Shown here in pieces: positions 36,079 through 49,649 of a DNA stretch of 64,000 nucleotides (position 1 is the stretch's first letter; each line of letters begins with the position of its first letter). The notes below the pieces were generated by a model. That model ran no database searches. It was not told the origin of the DNA and saw only the letters and a program-made list of their open reading frames with translations. The DNA is from Chiloscyllium plagiosum (taxonomy: Eukaryota), in assembly GCF_004010195.1 (NCBI RefSeq), contig NC_057718.1, forward strand, positions 93,460,561-93,524,560, written 5' to 3'. Both the position numbers and the translations under genes were made by a program.

Positions 36079-39000
36079 GTCCACAGTATTTCAGGTTTCA
36101 AACAAGTCCACACTTATAGGGTGGTGGACCAATTTCTGTCCAACCTTGATACACGCAGAAAATTATTGCTACCCCCATTGCATCCAATAATAGTGTAATG
36201 TCAATTCTTCAACAACTTTGGTGAAGCATCCTAGGAAGGATATTGGACATCTTCAAATGTAACTTGCAATTTTAAGATCTCCAAAACTTGCCTAAGTATA
36301 GATAAATTAATATTCTTCTGAAAGAGCAAAATGGAGTCAGAATTGTAAAATCTGCATTCAATAAGGAGGCAGTATTCTCAGAGACATAAAAGTAGCATCA
36401 TCATTTTAACAGTGGCATTCATATTAACATTAATATTATTAACATCCACACATCCTGTAATCTGTCTTTAGTGAAATAAATTGGTTATGGTTATAATTAT
36501 TCATCTTTTATAAATTTTATTTCTCTGTTTTAATTGTACTATGTTATTATAACAAATTATTTTTCATTAATGAAAGCTTTTGCTTTTGATACAGCTTTCT
36601 TATCAGGCAGCTGACATTTTGCAATAAAAAAAGGTACCATTTTGGCTGACTTACAGATGCTGATGTCCCCTTACAGCTGTATATTTGGAAGCTCAGCAAT
36701 GCAATTGTAGGTTTGTGAACTATGCCACTTGGTTCACGGTGGTGCTGAACAGAGGAAAGCCTAAAAGAAATAGAGCTAAGGACTGATCAGTTCAGCAGAA
36801 TGTGAGATTGGATCCACATCCTGTGACTTTCTCTTTTCCTCCATCCCAAGTTCCTACTGCAAAGTTCAGCAGATGTTTATCAACCAACCCATCATTCTGT
36901 GTTAATTATTGCTCTATTGAATCTTGTTTTGGGTCAACGATGGCAAATCCCTTTGTCAGATCATCTCGCTTCAAATGTGCACCAACTTGATATTGCTACG
37001 TTTTATTTCATACTGTTGTATCTTGTTACATGAGCTTCGCAGTGAAGTAGTTTTTGACTTAGGTTTATGTGGCACTCACTGCACAAAAGCTTAGTTTCTG
37101 CACTTTTATAACTGAGGTGCAATTTATTCAGCCAATATTTTTGGTGCACACCCTTAAGTCTTCTAATTCATTTATTAAGTATCTTACAATTCCTTTTTCC
37201 ATACTTAAGGCGAATTATAATGGAAGATTCCACTGTGTCAAGCAGCTTAGAACTGATGAATTGTCTGTGCTCACAGTAGTTGCCTAGAGTTCTTCCATTG
37301 CCCGGCTAAGATGGTACCTCATTCCTTCCATTCGTTGGAAAAGTTTCTGAAATATCTAAAAACACTAAACACCATAAAACATAATCTCTTCCCAATTATG
37401 TATCATTAAAACTTCAAGATGTTATACAGCCTTATACTGGTTGTAGTGGCCTTTGCCCCCACTAAATCTACTTTTTAATATCTTATTCCTTTAAGCAACA
37501 TAATACTCCGGGATTTCCTCTTCATGCTGACGGACCTCTTTAAACCTCTGCCTTTAGGCGTATTGCCAGGTTCTCATGGTTTTATTATGGAAAGCAATGC
37601 TGACTCCTGGAAAGAAAATAATTTTGTTTTTGCTTTCTCTTCAGAGCAGTGTATCCTTTTCAGAATCCCTAACCTTTGTGGTTTTCGCGAACTTCGTTTC
37701 GTTGCCTTAAGAAGAAAATGTTTTCTACCAGTACGGAAATCACAAACCCTACTGCTTTGCAGAGAGTTTTAAACAAAAACTCTGTGTGGTTCTGCGCCAG
37801 TTTGATTTCAACCATTTTAAGGGTTGTATTTTAAATCCATGATCAGAAATAAAAACACAAACCCTTCCAATCAAAATGATATATTATTTTTCAGCTACTG
37901 TGAAATTGGTCTGGTATGTATGTCATCCAAATTGATTGGCAAGCGCTTTTGCCAAAACAAGAGGTGATTTGACTCAAAGTGTCATGTTACAGCCATCTGC
38001 ATTTTGCAGTGAAAGGAGAATAATAGTTCAGGGCTGAAAATGCGTCCGTTTTTTACATGTGTTATTTAACAAAGACCCACTCATTTAACTTGCATATTTC
38101 AACGCTGCTTCTCTTCTGCTCAAGAAATATGGATGTATTTGAACATTTGGATGTCATCAGAGTGCTCTGTTACTGATTTTAAAGATTCTGAACATGAGAT
38201 TGGTTTTCCACCTGGATCTCATTTGGCGAGCTGCATGCTGGTCAGAAGCCACTTTTATTGGAATCTTGTTCCTATATTTTCAGCCTTGTGCGTTTTGACC
38301 TCAGTAAACTCCCTTGATGCTAAAATGTCATTGGCAGTGGAGAGTGGGCCAGCCTGTTTACAGTTCTCTGTTGGATAGGATTCGAACACAGTCTGCAGCA
38401 GCTGTGGCTAATCTTCCTGAAGCTCTCGCTGCATGTCATTAACAGCAGTGGCATCGTAAACACCCACCAGAACCCTCTGTGTCCCCTTGACCACCAGACT
38501 TTGTGTACCAGTCCAATCACTGTGAGGCTGCAATAATATTCAAATGATGTAACAAACATAGAAACAAAAATAATTGCAGCAAAGCAATGACAAGGTCCTG
38601 ATTTGTAGTTTTCTTTGCAAAATTTTATGTACTTTTTGGTAGCACTCCCTTTGGAAAAAAGATTACTTTGTGTTATGTCTAAAAATAATTGGTGTGGAGG
38701 GGAATTGTGTCATTGAGTGGAGTAGGGCAAGAATTAAACAGGACTATTTTTAAAAGGTTACTGACCCATTACTAGCTGAACGGTGCCTCCAGCAGAATGA
38801 TTACATTCCCATGCCGAATACAATCCAATAACTATTATTAGTCGAGTGTGGTGGGAAAATGTGTGTATGTGGGTGTGATCACCTTTAGATGATGCTGGTG
38901 GACGAAAACAAAACAGTGCCAGAGTCTTCAAACATACAAGCATTATCAAGTCCCAAGCCTATCAACACTCTTCAGGCTCAAATACATCGAATTCTGGAGA

Positions 39001-39248
39001 AACTCAGCAGGTCTGGCAGCAAGTGTGGTGAGAGAAACAGTGTAAATCTTTAAGGTATAACAGACCCGAAAGCTTAACTCTGTTGCTGCCTCTGCAGATG
39101 CCCTCAGAAGTCACATGACACCAGGCCATAGGGCAACTGGTTAAATTAAAATCACAAGCTTTCAGAGAGCTGCCCCTCATTGGGTGAAGTAGAGGGAAGC
39201 GCACAGGCACAGAATATGTAGGTGGAGAGTTAATGGCAATATAATTGG

Positions 39249-39555
39249 TGGGCGGCACAGTGGTTAGCACTGCTGCCTCACAGTGCCAGAGACCCGGGTT
39301 CAATTCCCACCTCAGGCGACTGACTGTGTGGAGTTTGCACGTTCTCCCCGTGTCTGCGTGGGTTTCCTCCGGGTGCTCCGGTTTCCTCCCACAGTCCAAA
39401 GATGTGCAGGTTAGGTGAATTGGCCATGTTAAATTGCCCATAGTGTTAGGTAAGGGCTAAATATAGGGGAATGGGTGGGTTGTGCTTCTGCGGGTCGGTG
39501 TGGACTTGTTGGGCCGAAGGGCCTGTTTCCACACTGTAATGTAATCTAATCTAAT
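39249..39555 (+). mobile_element. Young full-length HE1-type V-SINE
   Basis: Intact A/B boxes, V-domain and (taatc)n tail. Confidence 0.95.
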
Positions 39556-39714
39556 AATTCCAGATAATTAAGAGTGTCAACAGTGTTCTCCAGCATTCTC
39601 TGTATCTGTTTCAGATTTCTAACATCTACAGTATTTGCCTTTGTAACATCAATTTTGATTGCACAGACGCCAAATTATTTGCAAATCTTTCCGATGTTGA
39701 TTCACCCTACAACC

Positions 39715-39870
39715 CTAGATGGGTTCAAACGGCACTCCAGGACTTAAACACGTAATCTGGGTGGACATCCCAGTGCAGTACTGAGCAGATGCCAACACTG
39801 TTGAAGGTGTTGCCATTCTGATAGAATGTAAAGTTGAGTCTCCACTGTCCCATCTCTGCTGATCACAAGA
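39715..39870 (+). mobile_element. Deu-domain SINE relic (SacSINE1/AmnSINE1-like)
   Basis: cactccaggactt..gacatcccagtgcagtactgag..cactgttgaaggtg resembles the Deu domain as recalled. Confidence 0.65.
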
Positions 39871-39884
39871 GAACCTGAATGAAG

Positions 39885-40009
39885 AGACAATGTAAGGACT
39901 GCAGATGCTGGAGTTCAGAGTCAAGAGTGTGGTGCTGGAAAAGCACAGCAGGCCAGGCAGCATCCAAGGAGCAGGAGAATCAATGCTTCAAGCACAAGCC
40001 CTTCATCAT
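39885..40009 (-). mobile_element. Short Penelope terminal-repeat insertion
   Basis: TSD gaa(c/t)ctgaatgaag at 39871-39884 and 40010-40023. Confidence 0.85.
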
Positions 40010-40039
40010 GAATCTGAATGAAGGCAAACAAGGGTTCTC

Positions 40040-40375
40040 TTTTTATTCATGCACAGGATGAGGGCATCACTGGCTAGGCGAGCATTTATTTCCCTTCCCT
40101 AATTTGCCCAGGGGGCAGTTAGGAGTTAACCACATTGCTGTGGGTAGACCAGACTAGGTAAGGATGGCAGTTTCCTTCCTTGAAGGGTATTAGTGAACTA
40201 GATGGTCTTTTCCTGACAATGAATTTGTGGTCATCATTAGACTCATAATTCTGGATTTTTTATTAAATTAGAATTTTTCCATCTGCCCTGGCAGGATTTG
40301 AACCTGGATTCTCAGTACAATACTGGGTTTCTGGATTAGCAGTCCAGCGGTAATATCACTGCGCTGTTGCCTCCC
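40040..40375 (-). mobile_element. tRNA-headed SINE (second family)
   Basis: Colinear with 25172-25517. Confidence 0.85.
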
Positions 40376-41867
40376 GTATCCTTGGATTTAGAACTAGCAG
40401 TGGGGGAGGATCAGACCAGGATAAATGTTGTGGTAGTATTAACTGACCAGTATTTCCCTTTATATTAAAAAAAAAGTAATAAATAGTGGCTTGTTGTAGT
40501 CATGTGACCTCTTTTCCCTATAGCTTGTAGCAGTCAATAAACACATTGCTTCAAACACAATGCCAGAAGACGGCAGCTGAAACGATGCAGGCTTTCAGTG
40601 CTGAGGAGGACTCAGCCTCTCTAAGATAGAGTCCTGAAGAAGGATTATACCCGAAACATTGACTTCTCCGCCTTGTGATGCTGACTGGCTTGCTGTGTTC
40701 TTCCAGCCTCCTGTTTGTAGACCTCTGTAAGACATAGTAAGGACTAGTATAGGTAGCAGCATATTTATGGCAGTACAGACTTTTCTCTGCTGTACGGTTC
40801 TATAGTTCTTTGAAAAACTAAGATTAAAGTCTACACTTCTGATGTACTGTGTTACTAAAGTGGCTGTGCCTGCAAGGGCTGCCCGAGCGTTAATGGAAGT
40901 TTGTTTATATTGTGGGATGTTGTGATAGCAGTGGGAAACATTAAGCATTAGCTCTTGGATGAGCAAGTTTTAAAATGTTGTTTAAAATGCTTTTGGGTTC
41001 AAGTTTGAAGCAGATCTGGCCAGGATCAAAAGAATGTATCATCTCTCCTTGAAAAAAAAACAGTTCAGGGAATACCTCAATGAAATAACGCAGTTTGTGA
41101 AACTTCCAGACCAGAAGTATTTAGTTAGAACTCTGCATATTTTTTAAAAAGACTGTCATGTCTAAGCCCTCAGTGGTGTGAACTTTGAAGGAGGTGGCTT
41201 CACCGCTCACACGACAGAAACTGTCAAGAAGCAGTTAAGTCAAGCCTACAGATTTGGGAGGAAAGCAATTTCTCAGGATTTTGATTCCGTCTTATCCACT
41301 CATAAGATGTGGGCATCAATGGGTGGACCTGCATTTATTGCCTAACCCTAATTGCCCAAAGGGAGTGAAGAATCAACCACATTGCTGTGGGTCTGGAGTC
41401 ACATATTGAATAAAGTCAGCAGTTTCCTTCCCTAAAGGACATTTGTGAACCACTTGGAGCTATCTAACAATTGGCAATGGTCATCATCAGACTCTCAATT
41501 CCAGTGATGAGGGAGTGGAGAGTGGAGAGGAGGAGGTCAGGCTGTGGTAGTTGCAGGTCAAACAGAGGGGCAGGAGAGTCAACATTTCAGGTCGGGATCT
41601 TCCATCACCCAAAACATTGATCCCCTGCCCCTCTGATGCTGACTGACCTACTGCATCTTTTGCAGCTCCACACTTTATTGACTCTGACTTTCCAGCATCT
41701 GCAGTCCTCACGATCTTCAGGCTGTGGCAATTACCAGGTGTTTTGAGGTTGTGCTATAAATAGATAGCTCAGTTTGGCATTATTCTACTTTATATAATCT
41801 TTGTGTCTTTGTGTAATAAGCTTCAGTTTTATGATTAACATTTGATCTACAACCTGGTGCACTTATT

Positions 41868-42100
41868 AGATGTAGGTTTGCTCGCTGAGCTGGAAGGTTC
41901 ATTTCCAACCTACTCGGCAACATCTTCAGTGGGCCTCTGGGAGAAGCACTGTTGATAATTCCTGCTTTCATTTATATGTTTGGGTTTCTTTGGGTTGGTG
42001 ACGCCATTTCCTGTGGTGACATCATTTCCTGTGGTGATGCCATTTCCTGTTCTACATCCAAAACCTCAACCTGAGCTACAAATCTTCTTAAAACTTACTA
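41868..42100. mobile_element. Rearranged Penelope terminal repeat (family of 13880-14770)
   Basis: Matches 13918-14110; the terminal ~45 nt are inverted at the right end. Confidence 0.85.
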
Positions 42101-42349
42101 GTGCATTTATGTTTCAGTGAAAGGTTGCCATATTAAAATAAGATAAGAAGAATATGATCTGTTAAGCTCGATTTCATTCTACAATCTGGCTTGCCCAGTA
42201 ATAAAAGCTGGCATCAACAAGGGAAAATGCAATTGTACGCAGTATAGTAGCTGGCTTATAGTGGTCACGTAAACTCTACCTTGGGTGTAACTTGCTTTCA
42301 TTTTAGTTTGTGGCAGCAATGAAACATATGCCTTGGAGAAATGAAAATT

Positions 42350-43130
42350 GAAAGAACTACGGATGCTGGTATTCAGAAACAAAAACAGAAATTGCTGGAA
42401 AGTCTCAGCAGGTCAGGCTGCATCTGTGGACACAAATCAGAGTTGACATTTCAGGTCCATTGACCCTTCCTCAGAACTAATGGTATCTAGGTTGGTTTTT
42501 ATGCAGAAGATAAGGTAGGGGGAGGGGGTAAGGAATAAACAATAGGTGCAAATAGAGCCCAAAGAGAGAGAAGAACAGATGGATAGACAAAGGAGTAGAT
42601 AATGATCAGCCTGTGGGAATGAATAGCTGTTAGTGGGAAGTTAGTGGCTAATGATGGATAGTGTGTAATGGCAGACCACGTGAGAACAAGGCTTGGTGTG
42701 TGGGGTTAGGGAAGCACATGTGAAGAAGCCACAAAGCTGTTGAACTCAATATTGAGTCCAGAAGGCTGTAGAGTTCCCAAGCGGATTACGGGATGTCGTT
42801 TTTCTAGCTTGCGTGAAGCTGTGCTGGAGCACTGCAGCAAGCCTGAGACAGAGACGTTGGCCACGGAACAGGCTGGTGTGTGTTGAAGTGGCAGGCAGCT
42901 GGGAGTTTAGGACCTTATTTTGTGGACAGAATGTAGGTGTTCTGCAAAATGGTCACCCAGTCAATTCTCCAATGTAGAGGAGACCACCTTGTGAGTAGCT
43001 AATCCAGCAGGCTAGATTGAGTGAAGTGCAAGCGTAGCGCTGTGGTGTGTTTGGGCCCTTGGCTGGTGAGGAGGGAGGAAGTGGATAGGCATATATTACC
43101 TTTTGTGGTTGCAGGGAAAGGTACCGTGGG
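42350..43130 (-). mobile_element. Older Penelope-like 3' fragment with a GIY-YIG remnant
   Basis: CTSLNLACWISYSQGGLLYIGE..GDHFAEHL; terminal repeat with a degenerate hammerhead near 42440-42478. Confidence 0.85.
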
Positions 43131-43584
43131 GCTGAAGAAATCTTTTGAAGATATGTCACTTGAAGAAATCTCTGCTTTCTAGCAAACCAGAAGACAATGG
43201 CCAGGCTTGGAAAGTATCCTATTGCTGGCACAATGCTTTGGAATCTCCTGAAAATATATAAACAGTATATTTATTTACATAACATATTAATGGTGTAAAA
43301 TGTTCTTCTCGGGCTTGTGATGAGGTATTTGACACTGAGATTTATTAGACTATAAAAACAAAGATGATCATAAGCATGACCAAAGAGAAGCTGTAAAGAA
43401 CGTTTTGTAGGGGTAGAGAGAAGTAGAGGTGGAGAGGTACGGAAAACAAATTGCAGGAAATCTGCAAAAACGGCTGCCAAACAGGAGCGAAATCAAGGCT
43501 GAGCCAGTGGAACTGAAGGAATGCAGAGTTCCCAGAGGGTCTTGTCGCTAAAATAAATGACAGAGTTAAATACAAATTGCTTTT

Positions 43585-43800
43585 GTGATTGGAACGATAT
43601 TGGTCAGGTGGATCTCATAGACTGGGGCTGTGAATTTGGTTCAATCAGGGAGCCCTAGCTGACAGAGATAAACAGGAGTGTCAGGGGTTTGCTCTCTCCA
43701 GGAGCTGGCTCTGAGCTAGCTGGGTCAGTGTCGTGTACAATACACGTGTGAATAAAGGGTGACTTGGTGACAGGATACCGGCCTCCATGGATTTATTTCA
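43585..43800 (+). mobile_element. Solo LTR (Gypsy-like)
   Basis: AATAAA, ends in ttCA, flanked by ctttt on both sides; homologous to 60235-60471. Confidence 0.75.
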
Positions 43801-44894
43801 CTTTTCTTTTTTTGGTCAAGATTCTGTCTGATAAGGTTCTTGATGACATTTCTCCTGAAACATATTTGAAATATCCTATTTTGTTATTTTGCTGTGTATA
43901 TGAGCATTCGTGTACACGTTTTATACTGAGTGATGAGCAGAATCATAAAACTGGGATAAACAACAGTGTGGCGATGTGATCTGAACATTTCTAATGGGTA
44001 GATGATGAAATGATCAAGTAAGTTGTGCAGCTGCAAGTCTTTAGCTTAAGAAAGGACTGTAATATATGACCTTTGAAATGTAATTCTTTATTTTTCTACT
44101 CCTATACTAAGAAAACTGCAGTGCTGAACTTTTTAACTTATTTCTTTGTTTTTCTGATTCTGTAACTAAGATCTTGTACTGAGGTACTTTGTACCCAAGA
44201 TGGTGCTGAGTGTGCTAACATTGCACACTTTTCACTGTACTGTTATACCCAGTACTTGAGTACCTGTGACAATAAAACTTAGATCTAAATGTAAAATGGT
44301 GATCAGCAAGAAAAGAACGGGCCCTAGAGGAGGCTATTCTGACAGGCATTTGATGAAGCCATGGATACAGAAGAAAGAGGAAAAGAGAAATTCGGAGCTC
44401 CTTCAGTTGTAGGCACAAATGATTAATTGGTTCGGTAGTCAGTTGACCTAGTTGGAAGACAGATGCCAATTTCTTGGCTTTTCTTGTGTATGATGGGATG
44501 AACTGTACGGGCCAACATTTGTTGTCCATCACTAATCCCCTTGATATGAACGTACAAACAAGGAACTAGAGTAGGCCTCGTGGCATTTTGAGCCTGACCT
44601 TCCTTTCACTATGATCATGGCTGGTCTGATTTTAACCCTAACTCTACATTCCTCTATATCCCCCATCATCTTTCATTCCCTTGGGTAATCACATATCTAT
44701 CTACCTCTGACTTAAATATGTTTAAAAACTCTTCACTCACTGCCTTTTGAGGAAGGGAACTTCAAAGACTCACAACTATCTGAGAGATAAGAAGAGTTCC
44801 CTTATTTCTGCCTGAATTTTTAAACATGAGCTCTAGTTCTAGGTTCTCCTATAAGAGGAAATGTCCTTTTGACATTGTTTTTCCCAAGTCCCTT

Positions 44895-45585
44895 TTGAGA
44901 GGACGGGTATGAGTCTATGACATTACAGTGGATCAACAGTCCCATGTAGGTCAGACTGAGTAAAGATGGCTGATCCCTAAAGGACATTGGTGAACCAGAT
45001 GGGCTTTGCGCAACAATTAACAATAGTTTCAGTGCCACTATTTACTGAGATTAGTTTTAGATTTCAGATTTATTCACTGAATTCAAATTCCAATCACTGC
45101 CATGGTGTGATACTCGATGGAGTTTAGAAAGATAAGGGGGATTTAATGAAACATGCAGAATACTGAATGGCCTGGATGGAATGGATGTTGGGAAGATTTT
45201 CCCATTGATGGGAAAGACTAGGACGCAAGGGCATAGTCTTAGAGTAAAGGGAAGTCCTTTTAAATGGAGATAAGGAGAAACTTCTTCAGCCAGAGAGTGG
45301 GGAATCAATGGAATTCACTGCCACAGAAGGCTGTGGGGGCAAGGTCATTGAGTATATTTAAGACTGAGATAGATAGGTTCTTGAGTATCAAGAGGATCAA
45401 GGGTTATGGGGAGAAAACGGGAGAATGGGGTTGAGAAACTTATCAGCCATGATTGAATGACGGAGCAGACTCGATGGGCTGAATGGCCTAATTTCTGCCC
45501 CTATATCTTATTGGCTTATGGGATTTGAATCCATATCACCAAGGTGTTTAGCATGCGGTTCTGGATTACTCACTTAGTGACATCA
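44895..45585. mobile_element. tRNA-headed SINE (-) interrupted by a CR1 3' fragment (+, ~45110-45520)
   Basis: The SINE stops at gccatggtg and resumes at ggatttgaa, with CR1 motifs between. Confidence 0.8.
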
Positions 45586-45754
45586 GTCTCAGGGTTGATG
45601 TCTACCCAGTATGAAATAACTTATTGTTATTTATAATCCTTAGAAGAACTTGTCCTGAAGATATGACATCACTGACAAGTCTATTCTGTTGTATATTGCA
45701 TAGATCTCAGAATGGCATTACAACTTTAAGACAGCTAGATAGCATCAAGACACC

Positions 45755-46105
45755 TTTTTTATTTTCAACAATATACTTTATTCATAAAATATGTATATAC
45801 ATATAGTCATAAATGCAGTTCGGTTCAATAAAATGAAGAAAAAAACAAACAAACTTTGGATTTTGTCTCAATCCAACAACATAATTGAAATACCCAAAGA
45901 GTCCAATAACTGAATAGATTCCTATTTAACTTTGGTAGAAAGACCTCAGAAGTGACCTTTCCCCACTATGCCCTGGTGGCACCTGCCCCAAGCTTTAGAG
46001 CATCCCTCAGCACGTAGACCTGGACTCTGGTATGTGCCAGTCTGTACTCGGATGGGGTCAACCCTTTCCATTGGAAGACCAACATGCTTTGGGCAGACTA
46101 AAGGA
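45755..46105 (-). mobile_element. Tx1/L1-clade LINE 3' end
   Basis: L*SAQSMLVFQWKGLTPSEYRLAHTRVQVYVLRDALKLG..WGK, then AATAAA and an A-rich tail. Confidence 0.75.
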
Positions 46106-46640
46106 CACTCTGCTCATACAGATTTTAGTTTACTTCAAAAATATATGTTATTCCTAAAAATATGTCTTTGTATATATACTCTGGAAGACCAACAAGTTTC
46201 AACCAGGCCAAAGAGACTTACATCAAGAAATAGGCCTCCATTTTATAGTCTGTACAGCTGAGCAAGCAGCCAACCAGTCAACTGTATGTACAATAGAATT
46301 GCACTATAACTGAACATATAACCCGATTGTATATCAACGTCTAAGATTTCAAATTATTGCATATAGTTAATTGTTAATAAATTTCAAGATACCTGTCTTA
46401 ATAAGATCCAACATCTCTGTTGTAGATATCCATGGGCTAACAAATAGAAAACTGCATCACATCACTTACTGACAGTCCCTAATTTCCATGCACAAGTATT
46501 ATTAGGATTAATGTTTTATAGTACCTGGTTTTACTGTTTTGCTAGTGCTCAGAGCATATTAAGAATTAACCACACAGTGTGGGGCTGATGTCATGTATAG
46601 ACCACTTCTGATAGCATAATAGGTTCCCTTTCTAAAGGGC

Positions 46641-46747
46641 TGAAAATGTGTTGCTGGAAAAGTGCAGCAGGTCAGGCAGCATCCAAGGAGCAGGAGAATC
46701 GACGTTTCGGGCATAAGCCCTTCTCCAGCATCTGCAGTCCTCACTTT
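46641..46747. mobile_element. Short, internally inverted Penelope terminal-repeat insertion
   Basis: Perfect 17-bp TSD ttccctttctaaagggc (46624-46640, 46748-46764). Confidence 0.9.
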
Positions 46748-46976
46748 TTCCCTTTCTAAAGGGCAAAGAACATTTGCCATGTCATTTATTTTGGAAACAT
46801 GCCATGATTTTTCAGTGACCAGTCTGTTTAACTAATCTTTCTTTTTAATACTGTGAAGAGTGCAAAATACTTTTGATTCAAACACAAAAACTAAAATTAA
46901 TGCTGAGAAATTCTAATTCTCAAAGAAGACTATTTATTTGGCTGCTGGTTTCATTCTTGACCCATTACTTTACTTT

Positions 46977-47236
46977 AGAATCATAGAATCCTTACAGTGT
47001 GGAGGCAGGCTGTTCGTCCCCTCCAAAGATCAACGCACCCAGACCCACACCCTTAAACTATCCCTGCAGCCCTGCATTTCCCATGGCGAATCCACCGAAC
47101 CAGCACATCCCTGGAACTATGGGCAATTTAGCATGGCCAATCGACCTAACCTGCACATCTTTGGACTGTGGGAGGAAACTGGAGCACCCAGAGGAAACCT
47201 CTGCAGACACAGGGAGAATGTGCAAACTCCATACAG
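46977..47236 (-). mobile_element. HE1 SINE lacking its head
   Basis: Tail and V-domain present. Confidence 0.85.
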
Positions 47237-47513
47237 GAGATGTTTGGGGCAGTCTGAAAGCCTGAGAGGTGCACACAGTCGGTCTCATTCAACACAAGTG
47301 CTCCTGAACTCCCCTCGAGTTGTAAAATAATCGGTTTGCTGGAGACTCCAGGAAAATATAGGGGTGTGGTTAGAAGATCCATGGAGATTTCTTTGACAGT
47401 TATTTAAAAATCTGGTTTGTTGTGTTATACATTATACAGTGTACCATTACGAGACACATCCATGATATCACTCATCGCTTGTTTCCTGAAAGTACAACAG
47501 TCTCACACTCCAT

Positions 47514-47720
47514 TACCCCCCAAGTCCCTCCTCCCTACCTTTTATACCTATCACATTTCCGACGCCCCTCCCCCAAGTCCCTCCTCCCTACCTTTTATCT
47601 TAGCCTGCTGGACAAACTTTCCCCATTCCTGAAGAAGGGCTTATGCCCGAAACGTTGATTCTCCTGTTCCCTGGATGCTGCCTGACCTGCTGCGCTTTTC
47701 CAGCAACACATTTCCAGCTC
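47514..47720 (+). mobile_element. Penelope terminal-repeat insertion with hammerhead motif (47625-47660)
   Basis: TSD ctcacactccat (47502-47513, 47718-47729); nearly identical to 32985-33111. Confidence 0.9.
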
Positions 47721-49649
47721 ACACTCCATCTTACTTTGGATCACTTGAAGCATGGCACTTATGGGAAGCATGTTCTTCAGTTGTGATTCAACAGCTGAAC
47801 ACTAGCCCAGACACTTATATGCCTGAGGATTGTAAAGTGTATACGTAATAACTTGATATTGTAAATACTTGCTGGATTCTTCAACATCTGGATTGCATTT
47901 CTTATGACATGGGAGATAACATAAGCATTGCCACATCAGATTAAAAAAAACAGGCTGGAGGCAAACCCACACCAGAGTCAAAATTGAGAAAAAGGTCTTA
48001 TGGGACATGGGTAGCATCCCTGCCTCTTGGCCAGGAGCTCTGGGCTCGAGTTGCACCCCAGAATAAATTGCCAAGGAAAGTGCCTTCATAAAACAGCCAA
48101 AAAGGCACAGTACATGTAATGGGACAAGATATTGTAGCCTTTACCATCACTATCGATGTCCGTAGATGACAACATGCATGTAAAAAGGCAAGCAAGTCAG
48201 ACTCCCTGAGTGAATGGTAATGCACCACTACTACCACTCATCACAATATGCCAGTGTTTAGGGAGAACTGAGCAAATTCAACTAAGGAAGCATCAAATTA
48301 GGCTTGTAGTGAAAACAAAAAGTGCTGGAAATCACAGCGGGTCAGACAGCATCCGTGGAGAGAGTGCATGCTAATGGTTCGAGTCTGGATAACTCTTCAT
48401 CAGAGCTATCATGAAGTGTGGAGGGAGCAGCATTTATGCTCTCATGTGGGTGGGGTAGGAGGTAGTGGAGTGTTGGGGGAGAATGGGAGTTGATAATGCA
48501 GACTTGATATCTGGAGGTCCTCCTTTCCTAAAATGGCCACTCAACTTTGGAGGAAAGTTTTGAGATTGCACACAGAGAATAAATTCACAACAAGCAATTT
48601 GTGACGGGAGGAAGCTGATGATGCTACACATAGAAGATATTGGCATGTTGGGCAATGAGGAGTAGCCTGTTCACCCTTCAAGCTTGCCCTATCATTCAAT
48701 AAGATCTGATTGTGGTCTTAGCATCACTTTCCTGTCTGCACTCCTCCCCCTAACCCTGCTTGACTTCCATGTCCATCAAAAAGCTTGCTCATCTCAGAAA
48801 GAAAATCTGTCTTTACCTTGTATAAATTCAATGACTCAGCCTCTACTTCTTTCCATGGAAGAGAATTAAAGACCCTATGTATTCAAATATTCTCATTATA
48901 CCTTTCTTAAAAGAGAAAAGTCTTAACTTTAAACCTTAAAATATTACCTCAAGAAATATATAAACCTAGAAAATAGCAAGATGATGGACCATTCTGCCCA
49001 CTGACCCTGCTCTGGCATTCCTTATGATCGTGGCTGATCATCCTACCCCTGGTGGAGGCTGGTACAAATACAACATTTAAAAGGCATCTGGGTAGGTATA
49101 TGAATAGGAAGGGTTTAGAGGGATATGGTCCAAATTAGGGAAAAGGGACTGGATTAGGCTGGGATATCTGGTCGGCATGAACGTGTTGGACCGAAGGGTC
49201 TGTTTCCGTGCAGTACATCTGTATAACTCTATGACTCTACTTAGGTACTAAATCTTTATTATAGAAATAGAAAAATAAAGAAGTAAGTTAAAAAGTTCAG
49301 CACTACTATCTTCTTCATATAAAAACAGAAAATAGCAAAGTAAAGCTACAAAGTCAAACATTACTATCCATTCTTAAGCCTTTCTAGAATGTGTTTATAA
49401 GGTCACTGCTCATTATTCTGACCTTCACCCCATACCTTTTGACCCCTTTAGCCCTAAGGATGATAACAATCTCCTCTTTGAAAACATTAAGTGGTTTGGC
49501 TTCAAGAAGAAACATCATCCTGGTGTCCATCATATCAAGACCCCTCCAGATCTTTAGATTTTAGGTTTAGGTTTTAATGCGGCATGTACTCAAGTACAGA
49601 GTACAAGACTATGGTGAAAAGTATACAAGGTTACCGCACACAGCACCAA

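Noticed and set aside
39249..39320. tRNA-like sequence (also at the other SINE heads)
   Set aside because: These are SINE 5' heads continuous with V-domain and tail, not standalone tRNA genes.
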